Source: Arsukibacterium sp. UBA5043 | GTDB taxonomy: Bacteria; Pseudomonadota; Gammaproteobacteria; Enterobacterales; Alteromonadaceae | NCBI RefSeq assembly: GCF_002415085.1 | Contig: NZ_DIBV01000004.1 | Span: 141,586 to 205,585 of the forward strand | Reading direction: 5' to 3' | DNA length: 64,000 bases | Part shown: one piece after another, positions 37,221 to 46,191 of the stretch | Layout: every line of letters starts with the position of its first letter | Numbering within the stretch: the first letter of the stretch is position 1 | The notes under the pieces: generated by a model | Seen by the model: the letters and a program-made list of their open reading frames with translations, nothing else | The model's database searches: none | What the model was told of the DNA's origin: nothing | Made by a program: the position numbers and the translations under genes

Positions 37221-39353
37221 ATGCATAAAAAAATAATGTACATGCTGCTAAGCGCCAGCGTTGTCAGTAGTTTCTGGCTAAGCGCCGACGATCATAGCCA
37301 TAATGTGGCGCCGGTTGCCGTGCAGCAACCTTACACTATCAATTCTCCTCACGGTGACCGGCAAGACCCATACTACTGGCTGCGCGACGACAGCCGCACC
37401 TCGCCAACAGTGCTGGATTACCTGCATCGCGAAAATGACTATTTTACCGCCTATGCCGACGCGTATCAGCCATTAACCGAAAAGCTTACCGATGAAATTA
37501 TTGGCCGGATTAAACAGGATGACAGCTCGGTGCCATACACCCGGGGTGATTACAGCTATTACAGCCGCTACGAGACCGGCAAGGAATACCCGATTTACGC
37601 GCGTAAGTCGCTAAAAGATGGCACAGAGCAGATAATGCTGGACGTTAATAAACTGGCTGCCGGCAAAGATTATTACCGGGTGGCGAACTGGCAGGTCAGT
37701 CCGGATCAAAACCTGCTGGCCTATCTGGAGGACAGCAGTGGCCGGCGCCAATACACCCTGAAAGTTCGTGATTTACGCACTGGCCAGAATGTGCCAGACG
37801 AGCTGACTGGTCTCTCCGGAAGCCTGGCCTGGGCTGCAGATAACCAAACCCTGTATGTGGTTCAGAACGACCCGGTAACCCTGCTAAGCACCACCGTTTT
37901 GCAGCATAAACTTGGCAATAAAGCGACAGCAGCGAAAGCGGTATATCAGGAACCCGATAACAGTTTTTACCTGAGCCTGGCGAACAGCCGGGATGACAAG
38001 TATGTAGTCATTAAATCTGAGAGCACGGTCTCGACTGAAATTCGGGTGCAACCCGGTAATCAACCGCAAACCGAGTTTAAAGTACTGGCACCACGGCAGC
38101 GCGATTTTCAATATGATGCAGAGCATTATCAGGGCCGCTGGATTTTAAAAACAGACTGGCAGGCACCGAACTTCCGGCTGATGAGCGTTGCAGCTGACAA
38201 AATTGGCGACCGCGACCAATGGCAGCCATTGCTGGCGCATGATGAACAGGTGTTTATTGAGGATTTTATTGCCTTCGATAATTATCTGGCGATCAGCGAG
38301 CGTAGCGATGGCTTGCGCCGGATCAGAATTATGCCATGGCAAGCACCGGATAAGGCGTTCTATGTTGCGTCAGACGAGCCCGCCTATGTTACCCGCTTTG
38401 AAAAAAATCCGGAGCAGAATACCGATTGGCTGCGTTACAGCTATACCTCGCTGACCACACCTGAGACGGTGTATAAGTTAAATATGAAAACCGGTGACAA
38501 ACAGTTGCTGAAACAAACTGAAGTGCTGGGCGAGTTTGAGCAAAGCAACTATGTGACTGAGCGGGTCTGGGCTACAGCCGCTGATGGCGTTAAAGTGCCG
38601 GTGTCACTGCTTTATCGCAAAGGCTTAGCGTTGGATGGCACTGCACCACTTTATCAGTATGCCTATGGCTCTTATGGCAGTTCGTCTGATCCGTCATTCC
38701 GTTCTACTGTGTTCTCTTTGGTAGATCGTGGGTTCGTATACGCCATTGCGCATATCCGGGGCGGTCAGGAAATGGGCCGGCATTGGTATGAAGACGGTAA
38801 ACTGCTAAAGAAAGTAAATACGTTCACCGACTACATCGCGGTAACTGATCACCTGGTAGCCAATAACTATGTGGCAAAAAACAAAGTTTTTGGTATGGGC
38901 GGCAGCGCCGGCGGCTTGTTGATGGGCGCAGTAGCCAATATGGCACCGCAAAAATACCGGGCGCTGATAGCTCATGTACCCTTTGTTGATGTAGTGACCA
39001 CCATGCTGGACGAATCCATTCCGCTAACCACTAACGAGTTTGATGAGTGGGGAAATCCTAAGCAGAAGGAATACTATGATTATATGTTGGCCTACTCGCC
39101 ATATGACCAGCTGAGCAAACAAGCCTATCCGGCGCTGTACGTTACCACCGGTTTATATGACTCACAGGTGCAATATTTTGAGCCGGCAAAGTGGGTGGCG
39201 AAACTACGTACTCATAAAACTGACCAGAACCCGCTGCTGTTTAAAACCAATATGGAAGCCGGGCACGGTGGTAAATCCGGGCGGTTCTCCCGCCTGGCAG
39301 AATACGCCCAGGAATATGGGTTTATTCTGAATTTGCTGGATATTGAAAAGTAA
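37221..39353 (+). CDS. ptrB: S9-family oligopeptidase B-like serine peptidase
   Basis: Signal-like N-terminus from MHKKIMYML; propeller plus catalytic domain with GMGGSAGGLL nucleophile elbow and C-terminal GHGG. Confidence 0.75.
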   Translation: MHKKIMYMLLSASVVSSFWLSADDHSHNVAPVAVQQPYTINSPHGDRQDPYYWLRDDSRTSPTVLDYLHRENDYFTAYADAYQPLTEKLTDEIIGRIKQDDSSVPYTRGDYSYYSRYETGKEYPIYARKSLKDGTEQIMLDVNKLAAGKDYYRVANWQVSPDQNLLAYLEDSSGRRQYTLKVRDLRTGQNVPDELTGLSGSLAWAADNQTLYVVQNDPVTLLSTTVLQHKLGNKATAAKAVYQEPDNSFYLSLANSRDDKYVVIKSESTVSTEIRVQPGNQPQTEFKVLAPRQRDFQYDAEHYQGRWILKTDWQAPNFRLMSVAADKIGDRDQWQPLLAHDEQVFIEDFIAFDNYLAISERSDGLRRIRIMPWQAPDKAFYVASDEPAYVTRFEKNPEQNTDWLRYSYTSLTTPETVYKLNMKTGDKQLLKQTEVLGEFEQSNYVTERVWATAADGVKVPVSLLYRKGLALDGTAPLYQYAYGSYGSSSDPSFRSTVFSLVDRGFVYAIAHIRGGQEMGRHWYEDGKLLKKVNTFTDYIAVTDHLVANNYVAKNKVFGMGGSAGGLLMGAVANMAPQKYRALIAHVPFVDVVTTMLDESIPLTTNEFDEWGNPKQKEYYDYMLAYSPYDQLSKQAYPALYVTTGLYDSQVQYFEPAKWVAKLRTHKTDQNPLLFKTNMEAGHGGKSGRFSRLAEYAQEYGFILNLLDIEK

Positions 39354-39374
39354 CGCATTTTTTGTAATCTGAAG

Positions 39375-39396
39375 ACCGGGCCCAGCCCGGTTTTTT
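39375..39396 (+). terminator. rho-independent terminator
   Basis: ACCGGGC-CCA-GCCCGGT followed by T5. Confidence 0.75.
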
Positions 39397-39421
39397 GCTT
39401 TTCATGAACGCTTTACTTTAA

Positions 39422-39448
39422 GGTAAATGATAATTACTATCATTTACC
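39422..39448. promoter_or_regulatory. Fur-family metalloregulator box (Fur-like palindrome)
   Basis: Perfect 11-bp arms GGTAAATGATA-ATTAC-TATCATTTACC; core TGATAATTACTATCA matches TGATAATNATTATCA at 13 of 14 defined positions; about 90 nt upstream of the ZIP ATG. Confidence 0.6.
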
Positions 39449-39535
39449 TCGGGTGGTTAGACTTTGTTGCGCCGGAGGAACACGAGGTTGAGGCAAACCA
39501 CCTATACTGAATAAATTAACTACACAGGAGCAGGC

Positions 39536-40426
39536 ATGAAGCAATCGTTAATGCAGTCACCATGGCTCAGTGGTCGTAAAGTGTTTGGCACATTAATTTT
39601 GCTGTTAGGCGCCAGCTATGCATTACAACAACTGGTGCTGCTGATGCAACAGCAACAAAATGTTCGTTATGCATTTTATGCCGGCATGGCTGCTGCCGGG
39701 GCGACCGCAGGTGGCGCTTTACCTGCTTTGTTTTTAAAGCACTTATCCCAAAAGCTGCATGATGTGATGCTGGGCTTTGGTGCCGGCGTTATGCTGGCCG
39801 CCTGTATGTTTTCGTTAATTGTACCAGCATTGGCGATACTGGAACTAAGCGGTGCATCTGTCTGGCGCAGCTCGGGCAGTGTGGCACTGGCGATTTTGTT
39901 AGGTGCTACCATTATGCTGCTGGTGGAACGGCTGGTGCCGCACCAGCATTTTATAAAGGAAGAAGACCGGGCGCGCGGCTTAAAATTACGCCGCAGCTGG
40001 TTATTTGTATTCGCTATTATTTTGCATAATCTGCCGGAAGGGCTGGCAATAGGGGCATCTTACGCCAGTGGTGATATCGCAGCAGCAACTGCCCTGGCAA
40101 CCGGGATCTCTGTACAAGATATACCGGAAGGTCTGGTGGTAGCGATGGCGTTGTTAGCCGCAGGTTATAGCCGCACCCTGGCGGTAGGCATGGCGGTACT
40201 ATCGGGGTTAACCGAGCCGATAATGGCAGTAGTGGGTGCTGCGGTGCTGGGTGACTCAAGCCTGCTGTTGCCCTGGGGCCTGGCGCTGGCCGCCGGAGCC
40301 ATGTTATTTGTGATAAGCCATGAAATGATCCCGGAGTCACATCGTCAGGGTCATGAGCTACCCGCTACCACCGGTCTTATGCTGGGATTCGTGCTGATGA
40401 TGCTGCTTGATACCGCTTTGGGCTAG
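39536..40426 (+). CDS. ZIP-family divalent metal transporter (ZupT-like)
   Basis: 296 aa polytopic; HNLPEGLAIG and later IPEGL, HE...PES motifs typical of ZIP proteins. Confidence 0.75.
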   Translation: MKQSLMQSPWLSGRKVFGTLILLLGASYALQQLVLLMQQQQNVRYAFYAGMAAAGATAGGALPALFLKHLSQKLHDVMLGFGAGVMLAACMFSLIVPALAILELSGASVWRSSGSVALAILLGATIMLLVERLVPHQHFIKEEDRARGLKLRRSWLFVFAIILHNLPEGLAIGASYASGDIAAATALATGISVQDIPEGLVVAMALLAAGYSRTLAVGMAVLSGLTEPIMAVVGAAVLGDSSLLLPWGLALAAGAMLFVISHEMIPESHRQGHELPATTGLMLGFVLMMLLDTALG

Positions 40427-40586
40427 CCGATACTTTCTGGTTGCTAACTACCACCGACACATTTTATTACAATACGCCGGCATGCTACACCGGCCGTGCA
40501 CTTGCCTATTTATAACGTTTTTTATTACATTGGATATTACAAAATTTCACAATCACCCCCGACAGAACAAAAAAACAGGTGTCTTA

Positions 40587-43463
40587 ATGAAGAAATTATT
40601 TGTTATCAGTGCTGTAGCACTCGCAGTGCTGACTGGCTGCTCTGCAGATCGCAGTACCGTAACGGCAGAACAACGTGTCGAGCAACAGGTAGCCGGTGAG
40701 GTATTGGTCAGCCCGAATGATGAACGTCAATATAAAACCCTGGTACTGCCCAATAAACTGGAAGTGATTCTGGTGTCGGACCCGACGACCGAAAAGTCAG
40801 CGGCATCGCTCAGTGTTGGTGTTGGACTGCTGCAGGACCCGATGACCCAGCAGGGGATGGCGCATTATTTAGAACACTTATTGTTTATGGGAACTGAGCG
40901 CTACCCTGATCCAGCGTCTTACAACGGCTTTATGTCGCAAAATGGTGGTGCAGCCAATGCCTATACCTGGCTGGATATTACCAACTATATGTTTCAGATA
41001 AATAATCCGTCTTATGATGAAGCGCTGGATCGTTTCTCTGATTTTTTTAAAGCCCCGCTGCTGTTGCCGGAATACACCGAAAAAGAACGCAATGCGGTTA
41101 ATGCAGAGTGGTCGATGCGCCGGGAAATGGACTTCTTCGGTCAGTTTAAACTGGCCCGCAGTATGTTTGGTGAGCACCCGGCCAACCGGTTTTTAATTGG
41201 TAACCTGGAAACGCTAAGCGATAAAGAAAACAGTAACCTGCATGCAGAAACCGTGAAGTTCTATCAGCAATATTATTCTGCTAATACCATGAAGCTGGCG
41301 TTGTTAAGTAATTTACCGCTGGCTGAAATGGAGCTGTTAGCCCGCAAGCATTTTACCGCGATTGAAAATAAACAAATTACCAAACCAGAGGTAGACGCCG
41401 AGCTGAAGTATCAGGATTTTGGCGCCAAACGCATTCACTATGTACCAAATGAAGATGTTAAGCAGCTGAAACTGGATTTCACCATCACCAATAACAGCGA
41501 TGAATTTGCGGTAAAACCCAACGAATTTATTACTTACCTGCTGGGTTCTGAAATGCCGGGCTCACCGGCGCAGCAGCTAAAAGCGCGTGGTTTAATTTCA
41601 TCATTATCAGCCAGTGCTGATCCGGGTGCCTATGGCAACTATGGCAACCTGACTGTTGATATTAGTTTAACCGATGCGGGTATGGCGCAGCGGGAGGCCA
41701 TTATTGCCGCCGTGATGCAATATCTGCAGCTGATTAAGCGCCAGGGAGTGGACAGTAAATATTTCAGTGAAATTCAAACCAGTCTGGCTAACCGCTTTCG
41801 TTTTCTGGAAAAAACTGATGGTTTCGGTTACGTCTCGAACCTGGCTCATGCCATGCAGTTTGTGCCAGCAGAGCATGCGGTAAACGCGCCTTACCATTAC
41901 GAGAAGTTTGACGCAGAAGCCATTAACCGGGTGCTACAGCAATTGAAGCCAGAGAGCTTGCGGGTTTGGTATATCAGCCAGCAGGAGCCTTCGGACAGCG
42001 AACTGCACTTTTATGATGGCCGCTACAAAATCAGCGACATCAGCGAGCAGGAAATTGCCAGCTGGCAACAAAGCCCGCTTGTTAGCACCTTACCGGCAGT
42101 AAACCGGTTACTACCCGAGAATTTTGAACTGCGAGAGCCGGTGCAGGCTGACAAACCAGAGCTGGTGGTCGAAGCCAAAGGAATTAAAGCCTGGTTATAT
42201 CCCAGCCAGGATTTTGCCAGTCAGCCTCGCGGTCGTCTCAATATATACCTGAACAGCCCTGCTGCCATTGATGATATTAAAGCCAAAGTGATGTTTGCGC
42301 TGTGGCAGGATTTATACAATCTGGAGCAAAGTGTGCTGGCAACTGAAGCGTCGGTAGCCGGCATGGATTTGTCGCTGAATGACAGCAACGGCCTGGTACT
42401 CAGCCTGGGCGGTTTTACGGATAAACAACCTCAGCTGCTGCAACAGGCGTTGGCAGGGTTAACGCCAGAAGTGACAACTGAGCGCTTCAATCAGGCGGTA
42501 GACCGTTATGTTCGGGGTATCCGCAATTTAGAGCGGCGATTCCCGTTTCAGCAGGCGTTTATGGCGTTTAACGGTTTGTACCGGGGCGGAAACTATAATA
42601 ATGAGCAGTTGATTACCAGTGCGGAGCAATTGACAGCGGCAGATTTTACGCAGTTTATGCAGCAAATACTGACTAACCATCAGGTACGTATTTTTGCTTT
42701 TGGTAATTATAATCAGGCCGACGTAAAACAATTGGTCAATACGGTGGCCTCGGCATTACCGCAGGAGCGGACGATGCTCGCTTATACCCGCAACCCGGTT
42801 TGGCAGCCAGCAGCAGGTGAGGTTATCAGCCTGCAGCAGGATTTAGTGGTGGCCGATGTCGCTATTGTAGATATGCATATCCATCCAGATCCGTCAGTTA
42901 AACAACTGGCCCGTGGCCGGCTGCTGCAAAGCCATTTTTCAAATCAAGCATTTGACACCTTGCGTACCGAAGAGCAGCTGGCTTATGCCGTAGGCGGCGC
43001 TGCGGTGAGCATTGAAGATTACACCGGTTTTGGCCTATATATTCAAACCCCGGTTAAGTCGGTGACTGACATGCAGCAGCGGTTTGACGAGTTTAAACAG
43101 CAGTACTGGCAAACCTTGCAGCAACTGGACAATGCTGGGTTTGAGCAGCTTAAACAAAGCCTGTTGGTTAGTTTAAAAGAGCCACCGAAAAACTTGCAGG
43201 AGGAAATGGCGCCGCTGATCAGTGACTGGTATCAGGAGAAGTTTGCCTTCGACAGCAAACAAAAACTGATTGCTGAAGTAGAAAAGCTGACTTTGGATGA
43301 CATAAAAGCCTTTTATCAGCAGACTTTGTTAAATAAAGACGCGGCAAGAATTTCAGTACAAATGCGAGGCACTGAGTTTAGTAAGCAACCTTTTGCAGTT
43401 ATATCCGGCCAGCGGGTTATCACCGATCTGGCAGAGTTTCACCGGCAGATGAAAACACAGTAA
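40587..43463 (+). CDS. M16-family zinc peptidase (pitrilysin/protease III-like) lipoprotein
   Basis: Lipobox AVLTGC-S from the ATG at 40587; inverted zinc motif HYLEH; about 960 aa as in PtrA; the 60-codon upstream extension in the ORF track is rejected. Confidence 0.8.
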   Translation: MKKLFVISAVALAVLTGCSADRSTVTAEQRVEQQVAGEVLVSPNDERQYKTLVLPNKLEVILVSDPTTEKSAASLSVGVGLLQDPMTQQGMAHYLEHLLFMGTERYPDPASYNGFMSQNGGAANAYTWLDITNYMFQINNPSYDEALDRFSDFFKAPLLLPEYTEKERNAVNAEWSMRREMDFFGQFKLARSMFGEHPANRFLIGNLETLSDKENSNLHAETVKFYQQYYSANTMKLALLSNLPLAEMELLARKHFTAIENKQITKPEVDAELKYQDFGAKRIHYVPNEDVKQLKLDFTITNNSDEFAVKPNEFITYLLGSEMPGSPAQQLKARGLISSLSASADPGAYGNYGNLTVDISLTDAGMAQREAIIAAVMQYLQLIKRQGVDSKYFSEIQTSLANRFRFLEKTDGFGYVSNLAHAMQFVPAEHAVNAPYHYEKFDAEAINRVLQQLKPESLRVWYISQQEPSDSELHFYDGRYKISDISEQEIASWQQSPLVSTLPAVNRLLPENFELREPVQADKPELVVEAKGIKAWLYPSQDFASQPRGRLNIYLNSPAAIDDIKAKVMFALWQDLYNLEQSVLATEASVAGMDLSLNDSNGLVLSLGGFTDKQPQLLQQALAGLTPEVTTERFNQAVDRYVRGIRNLERRFPFQQAFMAFNGLYRGGNYNNEQLITSAEQLTAADFTQFMQQILTNHQVRIFAFGNYNQADVKQLVNTVASALPQERTMLAYTRNPVWQPAAGEVISLQQDLVVADVAIVDMHIHPDPSVKQLARGRLLQSHFSNQAFDTLRTEEQLAYAVGGAAVSIEDYTGFGLYIQTPVKSVTDMQQRFDEFKQQYWQTLQQLDNAGFEQLKQSLLVSLKEPPKNLQEEMAPLISDWYQEKFAFDSKQKLIAEVEKLTLDDIKAFYQQTLLNKDAARISVQMRGTEFSKQPFAVISGQRVITDLAEFHRQMKTQ

Positions 43464-43481
43464 TCATTTTTAAAAAGAGAA

Positions 43482-43507
43482 AACGCAGCTTCGGCTGCGT
43501 TTTTTAT
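43482..43507 (+). terminator. rho-independent terminator
   Basis: ACGCAGC-TTCG-GCTGCGT followed by T6. Confidence 0.85.
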
Positions 43508-43808
43508 TGTCGCTGCAAAAATAGTTGGAGTAATAACTTTAAACGCCTGTTAGCTTCGCCTGACCCTGTGACGGCAGTTCAGCGCCCGTTAACCCTGCCG
43601 CAATGAGCTGCCCATTTTCCGGGCTGCAATTTATTAAAACAGCGCTGCTGCAAGTAGTACGCTACGGCGCGGGTCGTCCCGAAAAATGCGGCTTGCAATC
43701 AGGTGCTACTGTTCTATTTTGGTTCACGGAGTCTGGACAGCATTACCAGTCTGGCGATGGCAATTAAAGCCTTCGTTAATAACAATAAGATAAAGACGAG
43801 GATATGTA

Positions 43809-44876
43809 ATGAAAAAACTAACTGGGCTGCTTAGCGCAGCAATACTTGGCAGCATCGCTGTCAGCTTTAAACTCTGTGCCGCCGTAGGAGGTTACCCGGT
43901 GGTACTGGTGCATGGTTTACAACCAAACCAACTGGCCAGCCGGCCTGATGCCAGTGAAGTGAGCAGTGATGGCGCCGCCTATTGGCAGGCATATTGGCGT
44001 GATCGCGCCGATGTGCGGATTGACTGGCCGGCCCATGAGCGGGTTGCCGGTAAAATAGCCAGTGATTATGTCTGGCCGAAACTGCAGCAAATGTCACGAA
44101 ATGGTACCTGCGCCAATGGCTGTATTTTTGTGTCGCATTCTACCGGCGACTTAGTGACCCGTTACCTGATTGATAATCAGGCATTGTGGCTGCAAAATGC
44201 CGGCTTACAACCGCTGAATATCGTCGCTACCTTTGATTTTGCAGGTGCCGGTGGTGGCTCCGAGCTTGCCGACTTAGCCGTTAATGTGGCCAGTGGCTCG
44301 GGCCTGATCGATTTTACCCTGCGCCTGGCGTTGGCTGCCTGGCTGGGTGAAATACCCAATGCCAATACGGTAGGCGTGTTAAATGATTTAAGGGTAAACA
44401 GCGCCCGGCAGTTGGCAGCGTTTCCCGACAGCCGGGTACCCCGCTTACGCTTTGTTGGTGCTGGCTCAGATTATCTGGGGGCAACCGGCGCATTTTTACC
44501 TGGTGAAGATGATGGTGTCGTTGCCAGCCACTCTGCCTGCGGCGCCTCAACAGCAAGTAGCTTTAACAGTTGCTCGCGCAGTATTGCCTTTGACGGCAAA
44601 CTGGCGAGTCAAAGCTATGGGGTACGTAACTTTATGCCTTACCATTACCCATTGTTGATGAGTGAAGGCTACAGCCATGGTGGCTTAATTGAAAACCGGG
44701 TACAGGATGAAGTCACTGCTGCGAGCAGCAGCGCGACTTATACCAATAACGACCGCTTGCAGTTTAATACCTACGATGAAACAAGGGGCTGGTGGATTTT
44801 CAGCTCACGTTACCGGGTAGTGCGTAACTCAGACAATACCAGCATGTCAGCGCTGGTTTTCCAGGCGGCAAACTAA
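43809..44876 (+). CDS. secreted alpha/beta-hydrolase, lipase/esterase-like
   Basis: Signal peptide; VVLVHGL oxyanion region, nucleophile elbow SHSTGD, acid candidate GEDDGVV, His candidate GYSHGG. Confidence 0.55.
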   Translation: MKKLTGLLSAAILGSIAVSFKLCAAVGGYPVVLVHGLQPNQLASRPDASEVSSDGAAYWQAYWRDRADVRIDWPAHERVAGKIASDYVWPKLQQMSRNGTCANGCIFVSHSTGDLVTRYLIDNQALWLQNAGLQPLNIVATFDFAGAGGGSELADLAVNVASGSGLIDFTLRLALAAWLGEIPNANTVGVLNDLRVNSARQLAAFPDSRVPRLRFVGAGSDYLGATGAFLPGEDDGVVASHSACGASTASSFNSCSRSIAFDGKLASQSYGVRNFMPYHYPLLMSEGYSHGGLIENRVQDEVTAASSSATYTNNDRLQFNTYDETRGWWIFSSRYRVVRNSDNTSMSALVFQAAN

Positions 44877-44893
44877 CAGGTATGGTTTAAGCA

Positions 44894-45970
44894 GTGAAAA
44901 AAATCGTCTCTGTAATACTGGGTCTGACAGCATTGCTGTCGGGCCTGTGGTTTTTCTGGCCAGCGTCAGTGGCAAAAGTGGAGCTGGCTGCAGCGTCTGC
45001 AGAAATGGCTGAACCAATGCCGCCGGCTGCAGCGGGCAACACAGCGCCAGACCACACTCCGACCATCACGGTTACTGAACGGGTACCGGAACCTATAGCA
45101 GAAAGCTTTAAGCTGATGGCCAGTGCTTATGCCAGTGAGCTTGAGTACCCTGGCTATTCGCGGCCACTGACCCCGGATGACAGTCATTTATTACATCCGA
45201 ACAACTATGTGCCACAACAGGTACCGCTGGAAGGCGGTGCCAGTGCCGCAATAGTGTTGCCCAAATATCGCTTCAGCTACCCTGAAACCATCCCGGTAAG
45301 CCTGCAGATCAGTGGTTTGACGGCACATAGCGTCAGTATCCAGCTGCATAGTGAGCAAAACAATAAATTACTGGCCACGGAAGCCATGCAGAACAACGCC
45401 GGCCAGGGCTATAGCCAAAGTTCTGACCAGAACTGGCAGGCAGAGCTGGAGCCGGAAGACAACTGGGACGGCTCGCTGCAGGTTAGTGTCACTTTTAGTG
45501 CTGACGGTCGCGAGCAAACTTTGAAAACCGGCTTTGTTTATAGTCACCCGGTGGCGACCATTACCGGTGTCGGCTCTAGCCGTGGCGTAGGCAGCGACAT
45601 GCTTATTCCGGTAAAGCTAAATGTGGAGCAGGCAGGCTATTACCGATTGCGGGCCAATTTATTTACTGAAAAGCGCCAACCATTGGCGATATTGACCAGC
45701 ACCGAAAAGCTGAGTGAGGGTGAAACTGAGCTGACCTTACGGGCTTACAAAGCGGTGCTGCGCCAGCAGGAAGGCCCGTATATTCTCAGTAGCTTTGTGC
45801 TGGAGCGCCGGCCGGCCGTGCCGGGTGAGCTTACCCGCTATGGCGACAGTGAACAAAGTGAATATCCGCTGGAGTTCTTTTCCCTTAGCCAGCTGAGCGA
45901 TGAGCCCTTTCAGGCCAGTGCTGAAGAACGGCAACGGCTGCAGTTTTTGCAACAAATGGCTGAGCAATAA
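44894..45970 (+). CDS. membrane-anchored protein of unknown function (partner of the lipase-like gene)
   Basis: GTG start 17 nt after the lipase stop; N-terminal TM helix, Pro/Ala-rich linker, then beta-rich-looking domains; no family recognised. Confidence 0.5.
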   Translation: MKKIVSVILGLTALLSGLWFFWPASVAKVELAAASAEMAEPMPPAAAGNTAPDHTPTITVTERVPEPIAESFKLMASAYASELEYPGYSRPLTPDDSHLLHPNNYVPQQVPLEGGASAAIVLPKYRFSYPETIPVSLQISGLTAHSVSIQLHSEQNNKLLATEAMQNNAGQGYSQSSDQNWQAELEPEDNWDGSLQVSVTFSADGREQTLKTGFVYSHPVATITGVGSSRGVGSDMLIPVKLNVEQAGYYRLRANLFTEKRQPLAILTSTEKLSEGETELTLRAYKAVLRQQEGPYILSSFVLERRPAVPGELTRYGDSEQSEYPLEFFSLSQLSDEPFQASAEERQRLQFLQQMAEQ

Positions 45971-46078
45971 CGCTACTTTTGCAGCGCCCATTCGGGCGTT
46001 TGCAATTCAATCTGGATCCCATTCCCGCTTTAACCCGCTACCAGTCTAATGTCGCGAAAGATTTCTTCTGAAAATATA

Positions 46079-46095
46079 TTGTTATACTATAACAA
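46079..46095. promoter_or_regulatory. Zur box 1
   Basis: Perfect palindrome TTGTTATA-C-TATAACAA, matching the gammaproteobacterial Zur core GTTATAnTATAAC. Confidence 0.65.
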
Positions 46096-46106
46096 AACAA
46101 TCAAAA

Positions 46107-46118
46107 ATGTTATAACAT
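46107..46118. promoter_or_regulatory. Zur box 2 (shorter)
   Basis: Perfect palindrome ATGTTATAACAT 11 nt downstream of box 1. Confidence 0.5.
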
Positions 46119-46191
46119 AGCAATTATTCGGGCAGTTACAGTTAGTTGACCGAAAATCGTTGCCAGCGATTTTTGTCAAATCGGTATTTTT

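Noticed and set aside
39586-39602. TGGCAC...TTGC sigma-54-like sequence
   Set aside because: The spacer is 7 nt instead of 5 between TGGCAC and TTGC, and it lies inside the ZIP coding region.
40407-40586. 60-codon N-terminal extension of the M16 peptidase ORF
   Set aside because: The extension overlaps the end of the ZIP gene and has no SD. The ATG at 40587 gives a canonical lipoprotein signal peptide.
43508-43808. 300-nt intergenic region upstream of the lipase-like gene, including a 55-codon ORF starting near 43604
   Set aside because: The ORF has no SD, and I saw no palindromes, promoter-like motifs or conserved riboswitch cores. It is left unannotated.
44894-45970. Annotating the lipase-adjacent gene as a Lif-type lipase foldase
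   Set aside because: It shares only the TM plus Pro/Ala linker topology. The body lacks the helical character and the conserved RxxFDY(F/C)L(S/T)A-type motif I would expect.
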